In this document: positions 55,710-64,000 of the stretch, one piece after another | Layout of the letters: each line of letters begins with the position of its first letter | Numbering within the stretch: position 1 is the first letter of the stretch | Source: Candidatus Kaiserbacteria bacterium | GTDB lineage: Bacteria; Patescibacteriota; Minisyncoccia; Phycocordibacterales; Phycocordibacteraceae | Direction: 5' to 3' | NCBI GenBank assembly: GCA_027451665.1 | Contig: DAIDIW010000002.1 | Location: forward strand, 48,251 to 112,250 | Length of the DNA: 64,000 nucleotides | The notes under the pieces: model-generated | What the model saw: only the letters and a program-made list of their open reading frames with translations | What the model was told of the DNA's origin: nothing | Databases searched by the model: none | Position numbers and translations under genes: made by a program

Positions 55710-57038
55710 TCACTCCCCGGAGGCGTCGATGGACGCGCCCAAGGATTTCAGACGTGCGACGATGTCTTCATATCCGCGGTTGATGGAGTAGACGCTCCGC
55801 AGTACTGAACGACCCTGCGCTGCAAGCATGCCGACCAGAATGATAGTCGCCGGCCGGAGCGCGGGTGGGCAGATGACCTCCGCCGCTTTTAGGCGCGTCG
55901 GACCTTCGATACTGATGCGGTGCGGGTCGTACAGATGGGTAGTGGCACCGAGGCGGTCAAGTTCGGTGTAGTAGATGGCGCGTTTTTCGAATACCCAGTC
56001 GTGGATGACGGTCGTTCCGTCCGCCTGCGTGGCGATCACGGCGAAGAAGGGGAGATTATCAATGTTCAGTCCCGGGTAAGGTCGGGGATGGATCTTCTCC
56101 GGGAAGGCGGTGAGCTCTGACGGCTCGAGGTGGAGGTCGACGAGGCGGGTAATGCCGTTTTCACTCGTCCGCTCGTTTGTTGCGGCATAGCGCAGCCCCA
56201 TCTTCTCGAGGATGAAGAGCTCGATCTCAAGGAAGTCGAGTGGCGCGCCCACGATGGTGATTGCTGACTTCGTGACGATCGCGGACGCGATGAAGAACAT
56301 CGCATCGGTCGGATCTTGCGCTACAGAATAGGACACATTCATCTCGATATGCTCCTTGCCGCGCACACGCAGGGTTGACGTGCCGATGCCTTCGACCGAG
56401 ACGCCGAGCTGCTTCAGAAACCCGCAGACCTCCTGCACCTGATAGTTCGGCGACGCATACTTGATGACCGTCTCGCCCGGGATGCCCGCCGCCGCGAAGA
56501 GTGCATTCTCCGTGGCCGTATCGCTTGATTCGTGCAAGATGATCTCTGCCGCACGCAATCCGTCATGCGCAACGACGTAACGGTCAGAGCGCGCCTCGAT
56601 AGAGACGCCGAGCTTCTCGAGTGCGTAAAGATGCGGCCGCACCGTTCGCGTGCCGAACGAGCAGCCGCCGGATTGGGGAATATCGAATTCCTTGAACCAG
56701 TGGAGGAGTGGGCCGATAAACATAAGGATGCTCCGCGTTCTCGTCGCGGCCTCTTTGTCCATAGCCTCGAGATTGAGCGAGGCGGGCGGCGTGATGACGA
56801 CATCATGGTCCGTGCGCGCGACTGAGACGCCGATTGATCGGAGCACTTCAATGAGACGATTCACCTCTTCGATCTTCGGTACGTTTCGGAGCGTCGTGAT
56901 GCCGCGGTTAAGGAGCGAAGCGGCCAGGAGCGCGACGGCTCCGTTCTTTGAGCGACTCGTCTCGACCGCGCCAGAGAGAGAGTTACCGCCGTCAATTACG
57001 AAATTCAATCCTTCCTGCATGCCCGTCCATACTACCAC
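55710..57038 (-). CDS. murA: UDP-N-acetylglucosamine 1-carboxyvinyltransferase
   Basis: EPT-family fold motifs including 'KNGAVALLAASLL' and a catalytic Cys region 'GGCSFG'. Confidence 0.85.
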   Translation of the reverse strand: MVVWTGMQEGLNFVIDGGNSLSGAVETSRSKNGAVALLAASLLNRGITTLRNVPKIEEVNRLIEVLRSIGVSVARTDHDVVITPPASLNLEAMDKEAATRTRSILMFIGPLLHWFKEFDIPQSGGCSFGTRTVRPHLYALEKLGVSIEARSDRYVVAHDGLRAAEIILHESSDTATENALFAAAGIPGETVIKYASPNYQVQEVCGFLKQLGVSVEGIGTSTLRVRGKEHIEMNVSYSVAQDPTDAMFFIASAIVTKSAITIVGAPLDFLEIELFILEKMGLRYAATNERTSENGITRLVDLHLEPSELTAFPEKIHPRPYPGLNIDNLPFFAVIATQADGTTVIHDWVFEKRAIYYTELDRLGATTHLYDPHRISIEGPTRLKAAEVICPPALRPATIILVGMLAAQGRSVLRSVYSINRGYEDIVARLKSLGASIDASGE

Positions 57039-57098
57039 TCGCGGCCCGCAGCCTTCGGGATAACGCCGTTTTGCGCCGCGAGCGGGAAACGCGGTAGA

Positions 57099-58133
57099 AT
57101 GCGGCTAATGGCATTCTTCTCGCCCAAGCTCGGCATCGATCTCGGTACCACGAATGTGCTTGTTTTTGTCCCTGGCAAGGGCGTCGTCATAAACGAGCCG
57201 TCAGTCGTCGCGGTCGGCAAGGATCGCGGGAAGGGCGGCAAGAGCAAGATCCTCGCCATTGGGAGTGCGGCGAAGGAGATGATAGGCAGGACGCCCGAAG
57301 ACATCATCGCGTACCGTCCGATGAAGGATGGCGTCATCGCAGATTATCGCGTTACGGAAGCGATGCTGCGTTACTTCATCCGCAAGGCGCTCGGCTGGAA
57401 TCCCTTCAAGCCGACCGTGCTCGTCTCGGTGCCGGCGGGTGTGACCTCTACGGAGAAGCGCGCGGTCATCGAGGCTGCGATCAAGGCAGGGGCGAAGAAC
57501 GCGTATGTGGTAAAGGAGCCGATCCTTGCCGCGATTGGCGCAGGGATACCGATCCACGAACCTATGGGACGAATGGTCGCGGACATCGGCGGCGGGACGA
57601 TCGACGTCGCCGTGATATCGCTCGGCGGGATCGTCGCAAGCACGTCCGTCAAATGCGCAGGCAACCGCCTTGACCGCGCCATCGTGGATTACGTGAAGCG
57701 TCAGTACAACCTTGCGATAGGCGATAAGACCGCAGAGGAGATAAAGATCCGAATCGGCGCCGCAGTGCCGATGAACGAGGAGCTCACAATTGCCGTGAAG
57801 GGGCGCGATCAGGTATCAGGACTGCCGCGCACGGTTGAACTCTCAACGAACGATATTGCGCAGGCGATGGTGCGCGAGTTGCGCGAGATGACGCAGGCGG
57901 TCCGGAAGGTCCTTCAGGATACGCCGCCGGAACTTGCCGCGGATATCATCGACAATGGCATCATTCTCACAGGTGGCACCTCGCAGCTCCGCCAGATTAC
58001 GGAACTCATCTACCGGCGGACTGGGGTCATCGCGAAGCTCGCGAACGATCCGTATTACTGCGTGGCGCGCGGCACGGGCATAGCGCTGAAACATCTCGAT
58101 ACGTACGAGAAAAGCGTGATGGCGAAGGGGTAA
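57099..58133 (+). CDS. mreB: rod-shape determining actin homologue MreB (copy 1)
   Basis: 'GIDLGTTNVLVFV', 'DIGGGTIDVAVIS' and 'TGGTSQL' actin-fold motifs. Confidence 0.9.
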   Translation: MRLMAFFSPKLGIDLGTTNVLVFVPGKGVVINEPSVVAVGKDRGKGGKSKILAIGSAAKEMIGRTPEDIIAYRPMKDGVIADYRVTEAMLRYFIRKALGWNPFKPTVLVSVPAGVTSTEKRAVIEAAIKAGAKNAYVVKEPILAAIGAGIPIHEPMGRMVADIGGGTIDVAVISLGGIVASTSVKCAGNRLDRAIVDYVKRQYNLAIGDKTAEEIKIRIGAAVPMNEELTIAVKGRDQVSGLPRTVELSTNDIAQAMVRELREMTQAVRKVLQDTPPELAADIIDNGIILTGGTSQLRQITELIYRRTGVIAKLANDPYYCVARGTGIALKHLDTYEKSVMAKG

Positions 58134-58208
58134 GCGCAAAACAAGTGCGACTCAGATAAAAATGCGGCGGCACGAATGTGCCGCCGCATGTTTTGAGACA
58201 TATCCTCT

Positions 58209-58703
58209 TTACCATCGCGCGGTGAACTGGAATGCGAGGATAAGACGATAGCTTCGTCCCTGGCCGAAACGCGTGTCCGCCGGGACGAGCCCAAACGGAT
58301 CGGGATGTACCGGCTTGTCGGCGACGGCATACACCGTGAATCCGCTGCCGACGTAGTGCACGAGCTCCGCGTGCATCGAAGAATCGCTATATCCGAGACC
58401 GCCCGGAAGCTCGGCGAGCAGCGTATCCCGAAACGGCAGGATCCGTGGTTGCAACCGGTACGGATTCCTGTCGCTTAACGCCGGATTCTGATCGCTTATG
58501 ACGACCTTCGTCGTCGGAATGCTGAGATCGAGCGGCTGGGTCCTGGATGGATAACGATTCAACAGTGCGATATCCTGTGAAGCATCTTCCAGAGTGAACG
58601 GGTAATGGGTGGGTATAATGAGCTTCAGCGGGTGGGCGGTCGCGATCGTTGCCGTGAGGCTGAGGATACAGAAGATAAGCGTATTCAGGGCATTCGCACG
58701 CAT
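58209..58703 (-). CDS. secreted hypothetical protein (trimmed to the internal Met 'MRANALNTLIF')
   Basis: Signal peptide. The upstream ORF extension overlaps holB and is judged spurious. Confidence 0.3.
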   Translation of the reverse strand: MRANALNTLIFCILSLTATIATAHPLKLIIPTHYPFTLEDASQDIALLNRYPSRTQPLDLSIPTTKVVISDQNPALSDRNPYRLQPRILPFRDTLLAELPGGLGYSDSSMHAELVHYVGSGFTVYAVADKPVHPDPFGLVPADTRFGQGRSYRLILAFQFTARW

Positions 58704-58796
58704 GATCTCCCCCTTTCGCGCATGAGTCTCGCGCCATACTCGCACATCCCGCACGGGCGTCAATCGCGCTATGCACCGGCACGGTATACTGGCCGT

Positions 58797-59501
58797 ATGC
58801 GGCATCACGCCACCGTCATCGAGGCGAAGAATGAGGCAGGCATAGCCGAGGCGCTTCGGATCGTCGAACGCGAGCTCGGGCTTGCGGTGAAGGGGAATCC
58901 GGACGTCCTCGTGCGAAGGTATGGATTGTTTTCCGTTGAGGATGCGCGGAGGCTCCGGGAACGTGCGCACGACGCTCCGTTTTCGGGCGAAGCACGGGCG
59001 CTCATTATCGCTGTCGAGCGGTTTTACCATGAAGCGCAGAACGCGCTCCTGAAGCTCCTTGAGGAACCGCCGAAGGGCACCTACGTTTTTCTCGTCGTAC
59101 CGGCCGCCGGTACGCTCTTGCCCACTATCCGATCGCGCGTACATCTTCTGCGCCTCGATGAGGAACGCGATGCGAGATCAATAAAACCGTCTGTCGGAGA
59201 AGACGCTGAGGGCTTCATCCGGGGAGGGAAGGAGATGCGCGCGAAGATCATAAAGCGCCTCACCTCCGGGACCGACGACGAGGATCGGCGTAAGAAGCGC
59301 GATCAAGCAATCGCCCTCGTGAATGGGATCGAACAAACCGTTCACGTGCGTGCCGTCCGCGTTGGATGTACGGAACCGGACGTCCGGCTGCTTGTGGAAC
59401 TTCAAACCATGCGCGGGTATCTCTACGACCGCTCATCGCCCCTGAAGCTCATGCTCGAGCATCTGGCACTCGTGACGCCCCGTGTTACTCGCGAGGCATA
59501 G
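58797..59501 (+). CDS. holB: DNA polymerase III delta-prime subunit, minimal form (start at 'MRHHATV')
   Basis: 'ALLKLLEEPP' and 'TIRSRV' clamp-loader motifs. Confidence 0.65.
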   Translation: MRHHATVIEAKNEAGIAEALRIVERELGLAVKGNPDVLVRRYGLFSVEDARRLRERAHDAPFSGEARALIIAVERFYHEAQNALLKLLEEPPKGTYVFLVVPAAGTLLPTIRSRVHLLRLDEERDARSIKPSVGEDAEGFIRGGKEMRAKIIKRLTSGTDDEDRRKKRDQAIALVNGIEQTVHVRAVRVGCTEPDVRLLVELQTMRGYLYDRSSPLKLMLEHLALVTPRVTREA

Positions 59502-59588
59502 GCAACGGAAGCCAAATCCAGGCCGCCATGGCGGCCTGGATTTGGTATCATTTCCGTACCCTTTACCCGCTTTTCCTTATTACTGCAC

Positions 59589-60137
59589 ATGGCCTACGAT
59601 TTTTCCGGACTCAAGAAGCAGATCGCAGATACCGAGCAATGGCTTTCCCATGAGCTTGCCGGAGTGCGTACGGGACGCGCGACGCCGCTCCTTCTCGATA
59701 GTGTGAAAGTCGCCGCCTATGGCGCCCTCACGCCCTTGACTCAGGTGGGGAATATTTCCGTAGAGGATGCGCGTACGCTTCGCGTCATTCCGTGGGACGC
59801 GTCTCTCGTGAAAGACATCGAGAAGGCCATTACCGATGCGAACCTCGGTGTCGGCGTCTCGACCGATGATCAAGGCCTGCGCGTGTCATTCCCGGAATTG
59901 ACCGCTGAACGCCGCACGCAGCTCGTGAAGCTCGCTGGCGATAAGACGGAGCAGGCGAAGGTGACGCTGCGCGGTCACCGTACGGAGGCCGTAAAGGAGA
60001 TCGAGGCGCTCAAGAAAGAAGGCATGAGCGAAGACCAGGCGAAGCGCGATAAGGAGGAACTCCAGAAGCTTATTGATGCCGGTAATGAGGCGCTCGGGAA
60101 GCAGCTTACGAGGAAGGAGGAGGAGATCTCGCTCTAG
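59589..60137 (+). CDS. frr: ribosome recycling factor
   Basis: Full-length RRF pattern: 'LSHELAGVRTGRATP' and 'TEERRKELVK'-like 'TAERRTQLVK'. Confidence 0.9.
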   Translation: MAYDFSGLKKQIADTEQWLSHELAGVRTGRATPLLLDSVKVAAYGALTPLTQVGNISVEDARTLRVIPWDASLVKDIEKAITDANLGVGVSTDDQGLRVSFPELTAERRTQLVKLAGDKTEQAKVTLRGHRTEAVKEIEALKKEGMSEDQAKRDKEELQKLIDAGNEALGKQLTRKEEEISL

Positions 60138-60200
60138 ACCTTCGGATGAGGCACAGACGGGACGCGGCATCGGACGCGTCCCGTTCCCCTTCGTCCTGGC

Positions 60201-61322
60201 GTGTCGATACCGTGTAGTACACTGCTCGTCATGGAAGTCCTCATCTTCGTCATCGTCATCATCGCGCTCATCGTCGTGCATGAGTTCGGACACTTCGTTG
60301 CGGCGAAGCTCTCGGGGATGCGGGTGGATGAATTCGGTATCGGGTATCCGCCGCGGGCGCTCACGATAGGGAAATGGGGCGAAACGGAATACACCCTGAA
60401 CTGGCTCCCGTTCGGCGGATTCGTGAAGATTTACGGAGAGGACGGCGAGGACCACGGCCCGCGTTCGTTCGCCTCGCGCCCGCGCATCCTGCAGGCGATC
60501 GTATTGGTGGCCGGGGTGACGATGAACCTCGTGTTTGCGTATGTGCTCATCACGGGTGCTCTCGTCTCCGGTACCCCCCGAGCGCTCTCCGTAGTCGAGA
60601 TTCCGCACGCGACGGATCTGCAGATCGTGGTTGCCGCCGTCCTACCGGGCTCTCCTGCCGCCCGCGCGGGACTGAACGAGGGGGATTTGATCAACGCGGC
60701 GGCGGACGCGCATGGATCCTGGACGGCGCGTTCAAGCGAATCGTTTCCGGATTTCGTGACGGCGAGCCAGGGTGCGCCGATTACACTCGCGGTCGAGAAA
60801 GCGACTGGCGAGAAGACATCGATAGTCGTCCGCCCTACAACCGGCCTCATCCCGCATGATCCGTCGCGTTATGCGCTCGGCATCGACGAAGGTATCGTTG
60901 GCGTCGTACCGGTCGCGCTCGGGGCGGCTATCATCCAGGGAGCGAATCTTACGTGGGGGATGACCATACTCACGGCACAGGGGCTCTGGCATTTCTTTTA
61001 CGGTCTGTTCACGCTGCATGCGAACCTCTCGCAGGTTTCGGGGCCGGTCGGCATCGCCGGTGCGGTGGGTGCCGCAAGCCGACAGGGGTTTGGAGACCTG
61101 CTTTCGCTTATGGCAGTCATTTCCGTCAATCTCGCTCTCATAAACCTTATTCCCGTGCCGGCGCTCGACGGCGGTCGTCTGCTCTTCGTCATTATCGAAG
61201 GCGTCTCCCGCAGGCGCATTAAACCCGTCATCGGGCAGGCCGTGAACAGTATCGGCTTTGTAGCGCTCGCCCTGCTTATGGTGGTCGTGACGGTCCACGA
61301 TCTCCTGAAGCTCGTCCACTAA
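60201..61322 (+). CDS. rseP: RIP site-2 metalloprotease
   Basis: 'HEFGHF' HExxH in TM1, a PDZ region and a C-terminal 'NLIPVPALDGG' LDG motif. Confidence 0.85.
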   Translation: MSIPCSTLLVMEVLIFVIVIIALIVVHEFGHFVAAKLSGMRVDEFGIGYPPRALTIGKWGETEYTLNWLPFGGFVKIYGEDGEDHGPRSFASRPRILQAIVLVAGVTMNLVFAYVLITGALVSGTPRALSVVEIPHATDLQIVVAAVLPGSPAARAGLNEGDLINAAADAHGSWTARSSESFPDFVTASQGAPITLAVEKATGEKTSIVVRPTTGLIPHDPSRYALGIDEGIVGVVPVALGAAIIQGANLTWGMTILTAQGLWHFFYGLFTLHANLSQVSGPVGIAGAVGAASRQGFGDLLSLMAVISVNLALINLIPVPALDGGRLLFVIIEGVSRRRIKPVIGQAVNSIGFVALALLMVVVTVHDLLKLVH

Positions 61323-61378
61323 GCGCGGAGGGGCGTCTGGTTACGGGATTTTTAGGGTTCAGGTATACTGGTGCGCAT

Positions 61379-62632
61379 ATGCGGCAATCGAGACTCTTCA
61401 CGAAGACGCGGCGGGAGGCGCCGAAGGATGAAGTATCGAAGAATGCGCAGCTCCTCATCCGTGCGGGGTTCATTCATAAGGAGATGGCTGGCGTGTACGC
61501 GTATCTGCCGCTCGGGCTGCGCACGCTCGAAAAGATAAAAGCGATCGTTCGCGAAGAGATGGACGCGCTCGGGGCGCAGGAGCTCATCATGACGAGCCTC
61601 CAACGCAAGGAAGTGTGGGAAAAGACGGACCGTTGGGACGAAGCGAAGGTCGATGTGTGGTTCAAATCGAAGCTCGCAGCTGGCGGTGACGTCGGCTTCG
61701 GCTGGTCACACGAAGAGCCAATCACCGAGATGATGACGCAGTACCTCTCGAGCTATCGGGACCTGCCGGTGTACGTCTATCAGTTCCAGACAAAACTGCG
61801 CAACGAGCTGCGCGCGAAGAGCGGCATCATGCGCGGCCGCGAGTTCGTGATGAAAGACATGTATTCCTACACGGCAGACGCGGCCGAGCACAAGAAAATC
61901 TATGATGCGGCCATCGACGCCTATCTTCGCATATACCGCCGCGTCGGACTCGGCGATCGTACCTTCCTCACATTCGCTTCCGGTGGGGCGTTTACGGAGT
62001 TTTCGCACGAGTTTCAGACGCTCTCCGATGTCGGCGAGGATACCGTATACGTGCATCGCGGGAGGGGCATCGCCATAAACGAAGAGGTAATGCGCGACGA
62101 TGTCCTTTCAAAGCTTGGGGTGGCGCGGAACGAGCTTGAGAAAGCAAAAGCCATAGAGGTGGGCAACATTTTCGATTTTGGCGGCGCAAAATCCGAGCAG
62201 CTCAGCCTCTTCTTTAAGAATGAAGCGGGTGAGAACGTGCCGGTTCACCTCGGTTCCTACGGTATCGGCGTCACGAGACTCATGGGCGTGCTCGCCGAGG
62301 TATTCGCTGACGATAAAGGTCTCGTGTGGCCGGCGACGGTGGCGCCGTTCCGGATCCATCTCATTTCGCTTGGCAAGGACGGCGACGAAGTCGCGCGCGC
62401 GGCGGAAGACCTTTACGAGGTATTCAAGAATGCTGGCCTAGAGGTGCTCTTCGACGATCGTGATCTGCGTGCCGGCGAGAAATTCGCAGACGCGGATCTT
62501 ATCGGCATCCCGACGCGCGTCGTCGTTGGCCGGGACGCGCTCGCGAAAGGAGCGCTTGAGGTCACAGACCGCGCGACCGGCGCAGTGGAGCTCATTACCC
62601 GGGAAGAAATCCTCCGCACCTACCATGCCTAA
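61379..62632 (+). CDS. proS: prolyl-tRNA synthetase, short bacterial form lacking the INS editing domain
   Basis: Class II motifs and a C-terminal anticodon-binding domain. At 417 aa it has no room for the editing insertion. Confidence 0.9.
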   Translation: MRQSRLFTKTRREAPKDEVSKNAQLLIRAGFIHKEMAGVYAYLPLGLRTLEKIKAIVREEMDALGAQELIMTSLQRKEVWEKTDRWDEAKVDVWFKSKLAAGGDVGFGWSHEEPITEMMTQYLSSYRDLPVYVYQFQTKLRNELRAKSGIMRGREFVMKDMYSYTADAAEHKKIYDAAIDAYLRIYRRVGLGDRTFLTFASGGAFTEFSHEFQTLSDVGEDTVYVHRGRGIAINEEVMRDDVLSKLGVARNELEKAKAIEVGNIFDFGGAKSEQLSLFFKNEAGENVPVHLGSYGIGVTRLMGVLAEVFADDKGLVWPATVAPFRIHLISLGKDGDEVARAAEDLYEVFKNAGLEVLFDDRDLRAGEKFADADLIGIPTRVVVGRDALAKGALEVTDRATGAVELITREEILRTYHA

Positions 62633-63677
62633 GTTTTCGAAGAATTCGCTCTTCTCGTCAGACATCGCAATCGACCTCGGTACGGCGAATACGCTTGTCT
62701 ACGTGCGTGGGAAAGGGGTCATCATCAACGAACCGTCTGTCGTTGCCGTTAACGATAAGACCGGACAGGTGGTAGCGGTCGGAAAAGAGGCAAAGCAGAT
62801 GCTCGGCAAGACGCCGCCGCATATCCGCACGGTGCGGCCGCTCTCGCATGGCGTCATCAGCGATTTCGAGGTGACGGAGGAACTTCTCACGTATCTCATC
62901 AATAAGGCGCAGGGAGGTCGCGCGCGTCTGTTCGGTCCACGCGTGGTAATCGGAGTCCCGACCGGTGTGACGAATGTCCAGAGCCGGGCGGTACGCGATG
63001 CGGCGAAGAACGCCGGTGCGCGCGAGGCGATCATTCTCGAAGAGCCGGTCGCGGGCGCAATCGGCGCGAAGCTTCCGGTTTCCGAAGCCGTCGGCACCAT
63101 GGTGCTCGATATCGGCGGGGGCACGACCGATATCGCAGTGATCGCCCTTAAGGGTTCGGTTGCCGCGAAAAGTTCGCAAGTCGCCGGGGATCGGTTCAAT
63201 GAGAACATCATCGATTTCGTACGCAGCGAATTCAAGCTTGGTATCGGCGAACGGACCGCTGAGGAAGTAAAGATAACGATCGGTGCGGTCATGCCGCTTA
63301 CGGAAACCTTGACCCACGCCGTCCGTGGACGCGATCTTGCTACCGGTCTCCCGCGGGAGGTCACGCTTACCGACGCGCATGTGCGCGAGGCGCTCGCCCC
63401 ATCTCTCGACGCGCTCATGGATGCGATGAAAGAGGTCATCGAAGTAACGCCTCCGGAACTTCTTTCAGACGTGCTTGAGCGCGGCGTCACCGTGTTCGGT
63501 GGCGGTGCACTCTTGCGGGGGTTGCCGCAGATCCTCGCGAAAATGCTCGGAGTGCCGGTAAAGGTCGCACCGGATCCCTTGACAGCGGTCGTGCGCGGGG
63601 CCGGCATGGTGACCGAGAACCCCACGCCGTTCGCTGATTTCTTTATCGATGAAGAAGACATACTTAGCGAAACGTAA
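62625..63677 (+). CDS. mreB: MreB paralogue (copy 2), start overlapping the proS stop by 8 nt
   Basis: 'AIDLGTANTLVYV', 'DIGGGTTDIAVIA' and 'FGGGALL'. Confidence 0.85.
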   Translation: MPKFSKNSLFSSDIAIDLGTANTLVYVRGKGVIINEPSVVAVNDKTGQVVAVGKEAKQMLGKTPPHIRTVRPLSHGVISDFEVTEELLTYLINKAQGGRARLFGPRVVIGVPTGVTNVQSRAVRDAAKNAGAREAIILEEPVAGAIGAKLPVSEAVGTMVLDIGGGTTDIAVIALKGSVAAKSSQVAGDRFNENIIDFVRSEFKLGIGERTAEEVKITIGAVMPLTETLTHAVRGRDLATGLPREVTLTDAHVREALAPSLDALMDAMKEVIEVTPPELLSDVLERGVTVFGGGALLRGLPQILAKMLGVPVKVAPDPLTAVVRGAGMVTENPTPFADFFIDEEDILSET

Positions 63678-64000
63678 TGCGCTCCTGTCGCCCTCAGGTT
63701 TCTCGGGAGGCGTGCTAGCGCTCATCATCATCGGACTCCTCGTGGTCTGCCGGTTCCTGCTGCCCGGTCTCTTCCTCACCGCCACGATGCCGTTCGTGCG
63801 CGCCGGCGATTCGGTCAGCCGTTCGTTCGGTGATGCGCTCGGCGGTTTCGGCAACCGAGTTGCGCTTACTGTCTCGAACGAGCACCTTACGCAGCAGAAC
63901 GAAGCGCTCGCCGTCGAGAATCGTACGCTTGCGGATAAGATCGCGAGCCTGACGGCGCTCCTCGGCGCGACGAGCGCCCCCGCCGCGCAACCTGCTGTCG
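63649..64000 (+). CDS. mreC: rod-shape protein MreC, N-terminal part (runs off the window)
   Basis: The ATG at 63649 gives 'MKKTYLAKRNALLSP...' with a TM then a coiled-coil 'LTQQNEALAVENRTLADKIASL'. It overlaps the mreB 3' end by 29 nt. Confidence 0.55.
   Translation, partial: MKKTYLAKRNALLSPSGFSGGVLALIIIGLLVVCRFLLPGLFLTATMPFVRAGDSVSRSFGDALGGFGNRVALTVSNEHLTQQNEALAVENRTLADKIASLTALLGATSAPAAQPAV

Noticed and set aside
1-64000. CRISPR arrays or other multi-copy spaced repeats
   Set aside because: None seen by eye. The only repeat found is the two-copy ~130-bp element around purM.

Overview
This is a high-G+C bacterial chromosomal window with densely packed genes, many start/stop overlaps and several promoters whose -10 box sits just upstream of the start codon (apparent leaderless mRNAs). 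The backbone is housekeeping and envelope genes: a partial UvrD-type helicase/nuclease, DsbA-like protein, hisS, prmC, a GcrA-family regulator, an RRM RNA-binding protein, a MacA/MacB-type ABC efflux module, an FAD oxidase, PIF1 helicase, P-type ATPase and an archaeal-type alpha-glucan operon (GT4, GH57, GH15). It continues with panD plus a divergent PALP enzyme, uppP, two DPBB/3D cell-wall proteins, a SET-domain protein, a lexA-dinB SOS pair with a perfect Cheo-type LexA box, a cyoABCDE quinol oxidase operon, mtgA and an orphan cytochrome b. The right end carries purM, tRNA-Asn, a grx/prx/hpf stress cluster, def-fmt, murA, mreB, holB, frr, rseP, proS and a second mreB followed by the start of mreC. 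A lower-G+C accessory island at about 45.8-50.8 kb holds a MazG-like/DUF2075-like nuclease-ATPase operon cut off by an IS3-family insertion sequence with a programmed -1 frameshift site, a putative HExxH metallopeptidase, and a radical-SAM/SPASM enzyme with an N-terminal RRE-like extension. Immediately upstream of the radical-SAM gene is an unannotated 46-codon ORF ending -KDGCGY, which resembles the C-terminus of the mycofactocin precursor; this looks like a candidate, possibly undescribed, RiPP system. Other oddities are an in-frame amber codon inside purM, a ~130-bp direct repeat flanking purM (one copy is the tRNA-Asn trailer), an AT-rich islet with a strongly signalled 69-aa membrane peptide convergent with a C39-like peptidase, and a long hairpin with a mini-uORF that sequesters a downstream start codon. 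All calls rest on reading motifs in the translations; no database searches were run.
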